The notes under the pieces were generated by a model. It did no database searches and was not told where the DNA came from. It saw only the letters and a list, made by a program, of their open reading frames with translations. The translations under genes and the position numbers were made by a program. Source: Longimicrobiales bacterium (lineage in GTDB: Bacteria > Gemmatimonadota > Gemmatimonadetes > Longimicrobiales > Gaopeijiaceae). From it: a stretch of 64,000 bases of DNA. Where the stretch lies: NCBI GenBank assembly GCA_965248195.1, contig CBDFIQ010000002.1, positions 800,001 through 864,000 on the forward strand, read 5' to 3'. Shown in pieces: positions 20,423 to 30,573 of the stretch; position 1 is the first letter of the stretch; every line of letters starts with the position of its first letter.

Positions 20423-21367
20423 TCAACCCTCCGGCCAGTCGATCGAGCCACGCGCCTTCAATTCGAGTGGAAGAAGGGCAGAGTAGAAGAAGGTGTGAAC
20501 CGGTACCTGGACCCCCGCTTCGACGGCCTGCCGAACGACCGCCCCCGAGAGCGCGTCGAGCTCCGTTCGGACGCCGTCCCGAAAATCCCGTTGTAGAGAG
20601 CTCGTGCCGTCGGCGGGAAGTCCATCGATGAATTGGAGCGTCTGCTCTACGCTCTCAGGAGGGAGCCCGACTCCCTTGGCCTTCGCCAGGTCGAAGACCT
20701 CCTCCACCGCCCTCACGAGCAGGGACCTCGGTTGGGGGAGGCTTCGAAACACACCGATCGGTGCCTGGGTGATCGAGCCGAGGCCACTCAGCGGGGCGAA
20801 GAAGAGGAACTTCCGCCACAACGCCACACCGATTTCGTCGGCGATCTCGACCGTGAGCCCGTGCGCCTTGTCCAGCGCCTCGGCCACCGACTCGATCGGC
20901 ACTGATCCGCCCCCTGGACGCTCCCCGATCGTGAGGTTCGGGTCGATGCCTGCGTGGCGGATCACGCCGGGTCCCTCGACGAAGCTGATGATGCGGCAAG
21001 TACCTCCCAAGACACGCGAGGGAGACACGAACGTGGACAGGACGTCGGCCGCCTCCACCCCGTTTTGTAGCCCGAACACGACGGTGTCCGCACCGACGAG
21101 TGGCTCCACGACGTCGGCGAGGGAAGCGAGCTGCCACGACTTTGTCGCCACCACGACGACGTCGACTTCACCCACATCCGAAGCACTCCCGACGGCGGGC
21201 ACATCGACACGTGCGTCCCCGAGAGGGCTGTGGAGGAGGAGGCCCTTGGAGTTGATCGCCTCGAGATGGGCTCCTCTAGCGAGCAGGGTGACGTCCAGCC
21301 CGGCTTCGGCCCATCGGGCTCCGAAGTATCCGCCGACGCCGCCCGCGCCGATTACAGCGACCTTCAA
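20423..21367 (-). CDS. panE: 2-dehydropantoate 2-reductase
   Basis: GAGGVGG, LQNG, LWRKF, SSLQRD, ELD. Confidence 0.88.
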   Translation of the reverse strand: MKVAVIGAGGVGGYFGARWAEAGLDVTLLARGAHLEAINSKGLLLHSPLGDARVDVPAVGSASDVGEVDVVVVATKSWQLASLADVVEPLVGADTVVFGLQNGVEAADVLSTFVSPSRVLGGTCRIISFVEGPGVIRHAGIDPNLTIGERPGGGSVPIESVAEALDKAHGLTVEIADEIGVALWRKFLFFAPLSGLGSITQAPIGVFRSLPQPRSLLVRAVEEVFDLAKAKGVGLPPESVEQTLQFIDGLPADGTSSLQRDFRDGVRTELDALSGAVVRQAVEAGVQVPVHTFFYSALLPLELKARGSIDWPEG

Positions 21368-21643
21368 TGTTCCTCACTCTCGTCCATGCGACTCGGGTCG
21401 AAGTTTTGACGGGTCGGTGAGAACGTGACGGGTAGGACGAAAGCGGTCAACACGATGTTGTCCACCACGTCCGATGCCCGGCCTCCACCCAGAATCCCGA
21501 TGTAGGGCTCACGATCTGCCGTTCTTTCCTTGCCCTTATGTTGACCGCTTCGGTCCTGCGCCTCACGTTATACCCACCCCTCGGAGGGCTCTTTGAAAAG
21601 ACTGCCGGTCAGTGGGGTGGATCCCGCTGGAATGGAGGTTGAA

Positions 21644-22762
21644 ATGAGCAATCGTATGGCAGTGGTTGGTCGAGGCCATCAGGTGATGTCGCGTTACTCC
21701 GCTCTGCTTCTGGCCGTTCTCTGTGCAACCGCAGCCCACGGAGTCGTCTCGACAGCGGCGGCTCAGGCTCGAGCCTCCGACGCCGGAAAGTGGGAAGTCC
21801 TCAGGACCCCCGACGGCCATCCGGACCTCCAGGGAAACTGGACGAACATGACGCTCACTCCGTTTGAGCGGGAAGAGGGTAGGGGTCCGGTGTTCACGTG
21901 GGCGGAAGTAGAGGAGCTGGAGCAGCCATCAGGAGATTGCCCCGCTAACCCAGGGACCGTCGAGTGCGGAAGGGAGGACAACCAAGGGGATGAGTCTCTG
22001 AGTAATGAGCGTCGACTGAGTGGCGCGGAGTACAGCGAGGTCTATTGGGATCGGGGCTCGCGGGTAGCCATCGTCGATGGCGAGCCCAGAACCTCTCTGG
22101 TCACCCATCCGGCGAATGGGCGCCGTCCGGCCCTCACGCCGGAGGGCGAGCGGTGGGTCCAGGAGTCCCGGGACTTCAGGGACCAATTCGGCCTATACGA
22201 CCACCCGGAGCTGAGGCCACTCGGCGAGCGCTGCATCATCAACAGTTCCACTTCCAACCCTGCCGGACCCCCCATGGTCCCCAAGACCTCCTACAACGGC
22301 AACTTCACAATCGTACAGACGGCCGATCACGTGGTGATCATGGTGGAGATGATCCATGACGCGCGGATTATCCGGATCGGATCAGGCCCGCGGCTGCCCA
22401 CGCACATTCGCCCGTGGTTCGGCGACTCTTGGGCTCGGTGGGAAGGTGACGCACTCGTGGTCGAGACCACGAACATCAATCCACAACAGACTCTCGCGGG
22501 AGTCCCTCCCTCGGAGCACATGAGGGTGACCGAGCGCTTCACTCGGGTCGACGAAGAGACGATCCTTTACGAGTTCACCGTCGAGGATCCGACGATGTAC
22601 ACCCAAGCTTGGGGAGGAGAGATCCCGCTGAAGAAGTTCGACGACATGCTCTACGAGTACGCCTGCCACGAGGGCAACTACAGTATGGCCGGCGTGCTGA
22701 GCGGCGCGCGTTATGAGGAGAGAATGGAAGCGCAGGGAGCGAGTGACTCTAGGCGTGATTGA
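21644..22762 (+). CDS. Secreted protein of unknown function (paralog of 36804-37895)
   Basis: SD GGAGG, signal peptide, DGHPDLQGNWTN, ERC and YEYACHEGNY motifs. Confidence 0.8.
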   Translation: MSNRMAVVGRGHQVMSRYSALLLAVLCATAAHGVVSTAAAQARASDAGKWEVLRTPDGHPDLQGNWTNMTLTPFEREEGRGPVFTWAEVEELEQPSGDCPANPGTVECGREDNQGDESLSNERRLSGAEYSEVYWDRGSRVAIVDGEPRTSLVTHPANGRRPALTPEGERWVQESRDFRDQFGLYDHPELRPLGERCIINSSTSNPAGPPMVPKTSYNGNFTIVQTADHVVIMVEMIHDARIIRIGSGPRLPTHIRPWFGDSWARWEGDALVVETTNINPQQTLAGVPPSEHMRVTERFTRVDEETILYEFTVEDPTMYTQAWGGEIPLKKFDDMLYEYACHEGNYSMAGVLSGARYEERMEAQGASDSRRD

Positions 22763-22811
22763 GAGCCCTACTTCAAAGAGCCCATGGGGTTCAGGGGGGC
22801 GCCGGGTCCAC

Positions 22812-22851
22812 TATCGCGACTTCCCCCCGTTTATCGCGACTTCCCCCCGTT
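22812..22851. repeat. Tandem 20-bp duplication TATCGCGACTTCCCCCCGTT x2 covering the stop codon of the M28 gene
   Basis: Exact copies at 22812-22831 and 22832-22851. Confidence 0.9.
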
Positions 22852-23793
22852 CTGCGCGTGAGCGAGAACCTCCACGACGCGGGAGACGCCCATGACGACC
22901 CGTGCCAATCGGTCGTAGTCGATCCGGTCCGGCGTGTCCTGAGGCGTGTGGTAGTGGGGGTACCGGAAGGGCGCGGTATCGGTGATCATGACGCCCGGGT
23001 ATCCCTCCCGCCAAAACGACCACTGGTCGGACCAGCCGATCCCGGGGATCCACGCCGGGGCGGCTAAGCCTTCCGAAGGAAACTCCGTCGACTCACGGAA
23101 CGCGCGAATGGCTCGGCGGGTCAGGCCGCGTGACCCCAGGTTCCCGACGAACCCGACGAAGTTGCCCGTGTCCGGATAGAAGAAGCTGAACGGGAACGGG
23201 TATTTCTGGCTTCCCGGTTCGTCCGCATAGAACCCGATGGTCTCCAGGGAGAGCATCGCTACAACGTTCTCGTCACGCTCCCTGCACCTTCTTGCATACA
23301 CGCGACTCCCCATCACGTCGGTTTGGAAGAAGGGAGGCTCTTCGTTCACGAAGGCTACGAGCCGGACCGTCCGGTCCATGGTCCGTGTGGGCAGCAGCCG
23401 GGCCAGTTCAAGGACGGCGGCCACTCCGGTCGTGTTGTCGTTGGCCCCGGCACAACCGGGCACGGTGTCGTAGTGTGCGCCAACGATCACAATATCACCG
23501 GGTGAGGCGGTCCCGGAGATCTCCACCTCGATATAGCGGACTGTCAGGGGAGGCTCGAGACGGACGTCGTAGGTCTGCTCGGCGACCTGGTATATGGATC
23601 CGTTGAACGCGCGGCGGATGTATTCCTCGGCTCGCGCCAGGGCATCCGGCGTGATCACGTTTCGCTCGCCGATGTCGCCTGCGAGAGCCTGGACATGGGA
23701 TTCGAGCCGGCCTCGCAGCTCGGTCTCGTCGTCGGTCAGTTCCGGTAGGGGGCCGTGAAAGGACCGGCCCGGCATGCCGAACATCCAACTCAT
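22831..23793 (-). CDS. M28-family zinc aminopeptidase
   Basis: GAHYD, GANDN, NEEPP, SDQ, YHTPQD. Confidence 0.85.
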   Translation of the reverse strand: MSWMFGMPGRSFHGPLPELTDDETELRGRLESHVQALAGDIGERNVITPDALARAEEYIRRAFNGSIYQVAEQTYDVRLEPPLTVRYIEVEISGTASPGDIVIVGAHYDTVPGCAGANDNTTGVAAVLELARLLPTRTMDRTVRLVAFVNEEPPFFQTDVMGSRVYARRCRERDENVVAMLSLETIGFYADEPGSQKYPFPFSFFYPDTGNFVGFVGNLGSRGLTRRAIRAFRESTEFPSEGLAAPAWIPGIGWSDQWSFWREGYPGVMITDTAPFRYPHYHTPQDTPDRIDYDRLARVVMGVSRVVEVLAHAQNGGKSR

Positions 23794-23826
23794 CCTCGGG
23801 TTGCTCGCCTGCCCTGGGCGCCGAGA

Positions 23827-24876
23827 CTAGCCGAGGCCCAGTTGCCCGTAACAAACCGTTCCCGGCACTTCGCCCGACTGCCACCAGATCACGTGCACCG
23901 TGCCCGACCCGTCCGTGACGACCTCAGTTTGCTGCATGAACTGGATGCCGCTCTGAGCCTGGAATTGGGCGAGGGTCTCCACCTCCTGGGTCCCGACGCG
24001 AAGTACCGTCATCTCAGACCGGGTCTGGATCGCTACGATGGGCTCGCCGTTCTCGGTCAGATCGAGAGTCGCGATATCCCGCGCCCCGCCGAAGCCGATC
24101 GTGAAATCCGTCACCGACATAAGGTCCTGAAATTCGAACGCGCCCACCGCCCCCTTCGCGTAGCGAATTACACCACCCCCCGATGCGTCCACGGCCAAGT
24201 ATACGAGATGCAACGTGCTTCCATCCGGGTCGACCTCCATGTCCGGAAATCGACCGATCTCGGAGCGGCCTCCCAGTGGTTCAATGGTGGAAACGGTCCA
24301 GGTATTCGGCCCTCCCCGGGTAGCAATCTTACCAACGCCGGCAACGTCGTCGAAGAATGCGGCGTGGATTCCGTCAGGTGTGTAGACAATGGCGGTGCCG
24401 CCCGCGTAGTCGAAGCTCCCTGGCGCGGCCAACTCGATGTCCCAGCTCGATCCGTCCCATCTTCCGTAGTTGAGTCCCCGGCCTGAGAATCCGCTGGGAT
24501 CATAGGTTGCGGTATGCAGCGTGCCATCGGGACCGATGACTCCCGTGTTGTACCATCCGTCGTGCCCGACATTCGCCATCGGCTGCAGCGTAAAGCGGCT
24601 GCCCGAACGGACCGCGAGTACCTGGTCCTCCCGGTCGTGGTCGTGATAGAGGATGCGCGGCTGGCCGTCGTCCGCGAGGAGGATGTCAATCGGACCGTAG
24701 AAGTACCCGTTGGCGATGAGCTCGCTCTGGCCGGGAGAGGACGCGCCGGCGGAAAGGCTGGCGTAGCGCACCCATCCGCTCGTGGCTTCGCTCATGAACG
24801 TCGCGTGGACTGTGCCGTCAGGTCCCACGGCGATAGCAGGCTTCGTACCCGCGCTGAAGCGTGTGAACCGCCACCC
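23827..24876 (-). pseudogene. Beta-propeller-like extracellular protein, 5'-truncated by IS256
   Basis: Repeated xPDGxxHxx blade motifs; reading frame runs into the IS end with no native start or signal peptide. Confidence 0.6.
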
Positions 24877-26252
24877 GGTAGTGTCCCTAGATTTGTGTAA
24901 AAGCGGATAAGCTGGACAGGAGGGAAAGAAAAACGGAAGCTCCTCTGTTGTTGTTCACTGTCACATGAACCCGGGAGTCCGGGTCTGCAGAGCAGGCTCG
25001 GAACCGGAGAGGAGCTTCCGATGCAAGAGATTGTGGAGATCGGTCGGGCCACGCAAGACGAGCTACGCGATGATTTGCGCGAGCTGTTTCAAGGCGCGAT
25101 CCGGCTGACGCTCGAGATGGTGCTGGAAGAGGAGCTGAAGGCCATGGTAGGTGCACGCCGCTTCGAGCGGGTGGGAAGCCGGAAGGACCATAGGAACGGC
25201 ACATACCTGAGGCGGCTGCTGACGAGCCTGGGGCAGATCGAGGTCGCCATGCCCCGGAGCCGGGACAACGGTTCGCCGGCCGACGTGATCGGCCGCTACC
25301 AGCGCAGGAGCCCCGAGCTCGACGAGATGATGGTCGAGGCGTATGTGAGCGGCGTGTCACAGCGCAAGATGGGCGACGTCACCGAGGCGCTGATGGGCGA
25401 GCGTGTTGGGCGCTCGACGGTGAGTCGTGTGGCAAAACGGCTCGACGAGGCCGTGGAAGGGCTGCGCCGTGCGCCGATCGAGGGGCCTCACCCCTATCTG
25501 TACCTGGACGCCACGTTCTTGGACGCCCGCTGGGCCCGCAAAGTCGAGAACGTGAGTGCGCTCGTGGCGTATGCAGTGGGCCCTGAGGGTCACCGACGGC
25601 TCCTGGCCGTCACGCTGGGCGCTGAGGAGTCGCAGCAGAGCTGGTCGGAGCTCCTCGAGCAACTCCAGGACCGCGGCCTCGGCGGTGTCGAGCTCGTGAT
25701 CGCCGATGAGCACGCAGGCCTGGCAGCTGCGGTCCGCCGCTTCCTGCCCGAGGCACGCCGTCAGAGGTGTACGGTCCATCTGCAGCGTAATGTGGGGGCG
25801 AGGGTCCCCCACCGCCTACGCAAGCGCATGGCGCGTGAGGTCTCGGTGATCTTCCAGACATCCGGACTCGCCGAGGCGAAGAAGCTCCTGGGCGAGTTCG
25901 GCGCACGCTGGAAGAAGGAGCTGCCCGAGGCCGTGGAGGTCCTGGAGCGGGGCTTCGGGGCAGCGACGCAGTTCTACGCGTTCCCCGAGGCGCACTGGCC
26001 CCGGCTGCGTACCACCAACAGCCTCGAGCGGCTGCACGGCGAGATCAAACGCAGGATCAAGGCCGCCGGCGCCTTCCCGGACCGGGCCAGCGCCCTCAGG
26101 CTCATCACGGCCGTCGCACTCAGGACCACACACGTCTGGGGCGACCGGCGTTACCTCGACCTCTCACTCCTCCAGAAACAGGAGGTCGCCCAAGCAGCCT
26201 AGCCGAAGGCGAGGAGCTTCCTCCGCTTTTACACACAAATCGGGACTTGACC
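24877..26252 (+). mobile_element. IS256-family insertion sequence, copy 1 (1376 bp, no target duplication)
   Basis: Imperfect IRs GGTAGTGTCCCTAGATTTGTGTAAAAGCGGA and TCCGCTTTTACACACAAATCGGGACTTGACC; near-identical to 62176-63551. Confidence 0.93.
25021..26202 (+). CDS. IS256-family (Mutator-like) transposase
   Basis: RNG, YLYLDA, IADEH, QRCTVH, TTNSLER motifs. Confidence 0.95.
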   Translation: MQEIVEIGRATQDELRDDLRELFQGAIRLTLEMVLEEELKAMVGARRFERVGSRKDHRNGTYLRRLLTSLGQIEVAMPRSRDNGSPADVIGRYQRRSPELDEMMVEAYVSGVSQRKMGDVTEALMGERVGRSTVSRVAKRLDEAVEGLRRAPIEGPHPYLYLDATFLDARWARKVENVSALVAYAVGPEGHRRLLAVTLGAEESQQSWSELLEQLQDRGLGGVELVIADEHAGLAAAVRRFLPEARRQRCTVHLQRNVGARVPHRLRKRMAREVSVIFQTSGLAEAKKLLGEFGARWKKELPEAVEVLERGFGAATQFYAFPEAHWPRLRTTNSLERLHGEIKRRIKAAGAFPDRASALRLITAVALRTTHVWGDRRYLDLSLLQKQEVAQAA

Positions 26253-26254
26253 CG

Positions 26255-26956
26255 GAAATCGGTGATGGCTGCACATCCGCCCCACCTCCAACATCGTGGG
26301 CGAATGAAGTGGATGGAGGCCGTGGGATTCTGGCAGCACTCGCCGTTGGATATCGCCGAGGACATCTGAGGATCGAGGGAGAGTATTTCTATCAAACCAC
26401 GAGCTATGATGATTACTCCCCGACGCGTATTGGCGACGAGGAGACACTGACCAAGGCCGACCAAGAACTCGAAATCGCAGATGGTGGAGTCGACGACCTG
26501 TTAGCGCACAACTTTTTCGGCAATCTGTATTATGACTTCGCTCCCAACTCACGGATAACACCCTATGTGGGGGTCGGCGCAGGTGTTGCACGAGTGTCGC
26601 TCGATTATTTCAGTCGATGGAAGCGGAATGACGATCCCGACCAAATCACGACATTTCGTGACCCTGTCCTGAAGGCCAGGATTGCCGGCACGACAACCAT
26701 CGGTATGGCCAAGTTGTCGGACACGTTGCTTGCCTACCAAGCTGTCGCAGGTGTGGATTATCAAGTCAGCGAACGAATCACCATGGGGTTCAAGGTGCGA
26801 TGGGTTAATTTCGGCGAATTCGAGGATGGAGCGGAGTGGGATCAACTCCGCAGTCACGAGTCCACCGTTGGCCGTGACTTTCGAGTTCGATATGTCGCGA
26901 CAACGGATGACATTTCGTTTTGGGGGATTAGTTTCAACACGAAGTATCAGTTTTGA
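26255..26956 (+). pseudogene. Outer-membrane beta-barrel protein, 5'-truncated by IS256
   Basis: Amphipathic strands (TPYVGVGAG, AYQAVAGVDY), C-terminal YQF; frame is open back to the IS end; lower GC than flanks. Confidence 0.7.
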
Positions 26957-27492
26957 AATGGCACGCTCACGCACTTTTGGCGAAAATTCGCTCGCTCTTC
27001 ACCTGATGACTCCCATGCTCTCAAGAATAGAATCTCCGGGAAATCTGGGGCCTGTTGGCTGTGTAAGACGTGTCACAAGAACACTCGCACGTTTGGTAAG
27101 CCGCTCTAGGCTGCCAATCAGCCGATAGTGTGAGGAGGAGGCTCACGGTGTCGCTCATCACTTCCGAGCGCACCGTGAGTTCTCCCTGAGCCTGTCCCGC
27201 CTCGGTGACGTGGATCGAAACGCCCACCGTGTCTCCGAGTTCTGAAACCAAGGCCGGTCCCATGCAATCCAACACGAGATTGGCTAGGGACCCCCACCCC
27301 CCGTTCGCTCCCACCACAAAGCATATCTCGAAGATCCTCCCGCCGCCTCCACTGCCGCAAAGAATTCGAACCGCCGTCCGGGCCCTGGTGGCCGGGCGGC
27401 GGTTCGAGGAGGGCATTGGCGATTGCTCTCTGCTTTAAGTTCTAAGAATCCGAGCGTTGAGCAGACTACTCAGCACCACCGCATAGAAATCA

Positions 27493-27530
27493 GAGAGCCC
27501 GACGCGGAAGTGAATCCGCGCCGGGCTCTC
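27493..27530. terminator. GC-rich hairpin, possible terminator
   Basis: GAGAGCCCG-A-CGCGGA / TCCGCG-C-CGGGCTCTC inverted repeat. Confidence 0.45.
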
Positions 27531-27987
27531 CGGAACCGCTGCTGTGCCTGCCCTTCAGACAGGCTGAACAGCGCACCTGATGGTTAACACAATGGTGCCA
27601 GCTGATGGTTAACAGATTGGGTTACGTCCTGTGTTGCCGTGGGTGTCGAAAATGACGAAGAGTTCTTCGTCAAACCACCCGAGGGTAGTGGGTCCGAAGT
27701 AGACCTGCCACAGCGCGGGACCGATGGGTTCGAGGCCGACGAACTCGTTGCCCAGCGCCTAGCTGATGTTGATCCAACGCGATCCTCCGACTCGATCAGC
27801 CAAATACGCGAAGCGCGGGTCGGGCGCCACGTGCGCGGTGTCCGTTCCGGCACCCCGAGCCCAGGTTGCCCTTCGACGGCACCTTGACAGCGTTGTAGCG
27901 CAGCGGCCAGGCGCCCTGGCGGCGGTGTCCTCGTTTCAGCGGCCTGCCGGCCAGCACGACACCACTGCCAGCGACGTACCGGCTTGG

Positions 27988-28611
27988 TCAACGCCTCCGT
28001 GCCACATACTCGCGCCACCGGGCCCTCAGCATGTACGCATGGACGATCTCGAACGGTCTGAAGAGGCGCTCGACGTGCATGGGCAGCAGCTGTGGCACCA
28101 GCGGCTCGGGGGGACCCACGGCCTGTTGCGACACACGGTCGAGATTGATGAGCGTGAGACGAAGAGGCGGGGCCGACTCGTCTCCCGACGAGTCCACGAC
28201 AGCGTGCAGCCACGCGCCTGGAGCGGTGACCTCGACCAGGCAATCCATCAAGCGTTCTCGTTCGTGGGGGCCCAGGCGGTCCATGACGTCCCATGCCAGC
28301 ACGACGTCGTAGGCACATGGGCCCGGCGGCAGCTCTGTGAGCGCCGACGCAAGAGCTTCACCGTGTGGCGGCGATGGGGTGAGGCCGGCGAACCGGATCT
28401 GCCGTGAGAACTGTCCGAGGACTTCCAAGTGCGAGTTCCCCGCGTGGTCCGCCAAATCCAGGATCGAATAGCCTCTGTCCCCGCCCAGCGCCTCGAAGAG
28501 CGCCAAGAGTCCCGGTGAGATCCACTCCACGGGTGCTTGCGTCGCGCCCACGTGCTCCTCGGCCGTGGAGTGGCTCGAGGGACGTTGCCGGAGCCGCTCG
28601 AGCCAGGACAC
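27988..28611 (-). CDS. Class I SAM-methyltransferase-like protein with degenerate motif I
   Basis: ILDLADHAG and YDVVLAWDVMD; directly downstream of the bactofilin gene. Confidence 0.55.
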   Translation of the reverse strand: MSWLERLRQRPSSHSTAEEHVGATQAPVEWISPGLLALFEALGGDRGYSILDLADHAGNSHLEVLGQFSRQIRFAGLTPSPPHGEALASALTELPPGPCAYDVVLAWDVMDRLGPHERERLMDCLVEVTAPGAWLHAVVDSSGDESAPPLRLTLINLDRVSQQAVGPPEPLVPQLLPMHVERLFRPFEIVHAYMLRARWREYVARRR

Positions 28612-28623
28612 CTAGTAGCCCAC

Positions 28624-29241
28624 CTAGGCTCCGGCCCGGCCCACCCCGCTGGACTCGCTCTTGCCCTGCGTCGGACGGCCCGAGCTCGGAGACCAGGGTT
28701 TCGACCGGCGGGACGCTCCTGCGGAGCCGGAAGAAGTCGGGCGTGGCTTCGTGTCCAACGGGGCCGGCGACTCGGCCTTCGCGTCGACCGCAGGAGCGTC
28801 GGTCGCGGCCGTGTGGCCGGTCTCGGCATCGGCATCCCTCGCTCTCATGTCGACGAGGCCAACGAAGGTGGCACCGTCCTCGATGACCACTCGTGGAGCC
28901 GTGAGGTCTCCTTGTACGTGAGCCGATCCACGTAGAACGATCTGCTCCAGTGCGTTGAGATCGCCCTCGACCTTGCCCTCGATCATGATGACTCTGCCGG
29001 TGATTTTCGCCTTCACGTGCCCTTCGGCTCCCACTCCGACCGCGTGCTGATCCAGTGTTACCGATCCGTCCACCTGGCCTTGGATCAAGATGCCTTCGCT
29101 TCCCGTCACATCCCCGCGGATGACGATGGTCGGGCCGATTGTGGCCGGAGCTCGGGAGGCAGTCGTCGGCGCGACCACTGTTACCTTGGGCACGCTTTCG
29201 GCTGCAGGCGGCGCCCCCTGTCCCTCGCCTCTCTTCCACAT
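28624..29241 (-). CDS. Bactofilin (polymer-forming cytoskeletal protein)
   Basis: IGPTIVIRGDVTG...VIEDGATFVG beta-helix pattern; start MWKRGE. Confidence 0.88.
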   Translation of the reverse strand: MWKRGEGQGAPPAAESVPKVTVVAPTTASRAPATIGPTIVIRGDVTGSEGILIQGQVDGSVTLDQHAVGVGAEGHVKAKITGRVIMIEGKVEGDLNALEQIVLRGSAHVQGDLTAPRVVIEDGATFVGLVDMRARDADAETGHTAATDAPAVDAKAESPAPLDTKPRPTSSGSAGASRRSKPWSPSSGRPTQGKSESSGVGRAGA

Positions 29242-29663
29242 GTGTGCCCCCTGTTGTTGCGACCTCTGCGTACACGCCCAGTGGAAATTTAGCGCCCTCC
29301 GATTGCACTGTACAGTACGATCTCTCGCATCATCCAACCACCGCTGCAGGTCCACGTCTGGCCAGTCCTTGGAATCCATACCTCGTTGGCACGCGCATCA
29401 CGGTCTCCCGTAGTATCATCGGTGTCGAAGCCCTCTGGCGTGTGGGGTGATCCTTTGGTCGGGACGCCCCAACCTACCACGTCTCGGAGGGCTCCTTCGT
29501 TTGCCTCTTGCTCCAAAGCTTCCCGTGCCTTTTCCTCGCGCCTTCGGCGCTCGGGGCCCACGGCTCCCTCGGCTACGGGAGTGTCAAATTCTCGACCGTT
29601 GCTTTTTTACAAGATCAAACCGTTGGTGAGAGCCGATCGCGAATCTCCCCCCCTTAGCTTCCT

Positions 29664-30040
29664 TCACCCAGTAGGCTTGCCCAACATGTCGTGGATCTGC
29701 CTGTCGACCCACGAATCAATCTCGCAAACGATCCGGCTTGTGGTCGCCATGAGTCGCTCTGGGAGCGGCATTTGGTGTAACCCGAGACTCACGTACTCCA
29801 ATGACTTGGAGCCGTAGAGCGGATTGAGGAGACTGAGCACCTCCTCATCCTCAGGTCTGAGTTCAGCGACGCCGGGGGGCAGCACTTTTCGCGCGGCAAT
29901 CTTGCACTTGTCGAGCTTGTGGCGGAACTTGTTCTTGAGCCGATCTTCGGAGATCCCGTCAACGATCAGCACGGCTTTGAGGGCGAGCTCGATCGCGTGA
30001 CCCGCTAAGTAACAGGCGAAGTAATCCCCCGTGTCATCAG
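29664..30040 (-). pseudogene. HEPN-like domain fragment
   Basis: YLAGHAIELALKA...RHKLDK pattern; the upstream part of the ORF does not look protein-like. Confidence 0.45.
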
Positions 30041-30379
30041 AGCGAGCGAAGCTCCTGCTTTGGCAGCCCGTGGATGTTGACGATGTGGCAGTGATGGACG
30101 AGGCGGTCACGGCCTGGCCCTCGCGTGGGGAGGGCTCTGGAGCCTTGCGCCGCTCACACCTCCGGAACTCCCCCGACTGGCCGTCGTAGGGCTCGATGTG
30201 AGATCGGTAGCGTTCGCGTTTCAGTTTCGCTTTGCCGGGGAGTAGATGGCACACGCTGGCGGCGGTTACTATTATCACCGAATGCCCCTCGGGATTGTGC
30301 GTGATGGTGACTTATTGGTGACTCAGTATCACGTTGGGGACGCAGTAGCACAGTCTAAGTGACTGTGTAGTAATAATTT

Positions 30380-30452
30380 GCTGGCGTAGCTCAACTGGTA
30401 GAGCAGCTGCCTTGTAAGCAGCAGGTTAACGGTTCGAGTCCGTTCGCCAGCT
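30380..30452 (+). tRNA. tRNA-Thr(TGT)
   Basis: Full cloverleaf: GCTGGCG/CGCCAGC acceptor stem, CTTGTAA anticodon loop, TTCGAGT T-loop; CCA not encoded. Confidence 0.95.
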
Positions 30453-30573
30453 TTGGTTTAAGTGAATGTCATACTCACAGCGGACGGTCAGGAGAGGGTT
30501 GTCCGTGACCGCCTCATTGGAGAAGGCGGTTCTGTGTCCTAGTCCCCTCCAACGCGCCGCGACCACGCTTACT

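Noticed and set aside
27021..27416. 131-aa minus-strand ORF as a real gene
   Set aside because: Its start overlaps a hairpin and it has no motif; at most a degraded fragment.
27632..27887. IS end or transposase remnant beginning TGTTGCCGT
   Set aside because: No partner IR or recognisable transposase motif could be supported.
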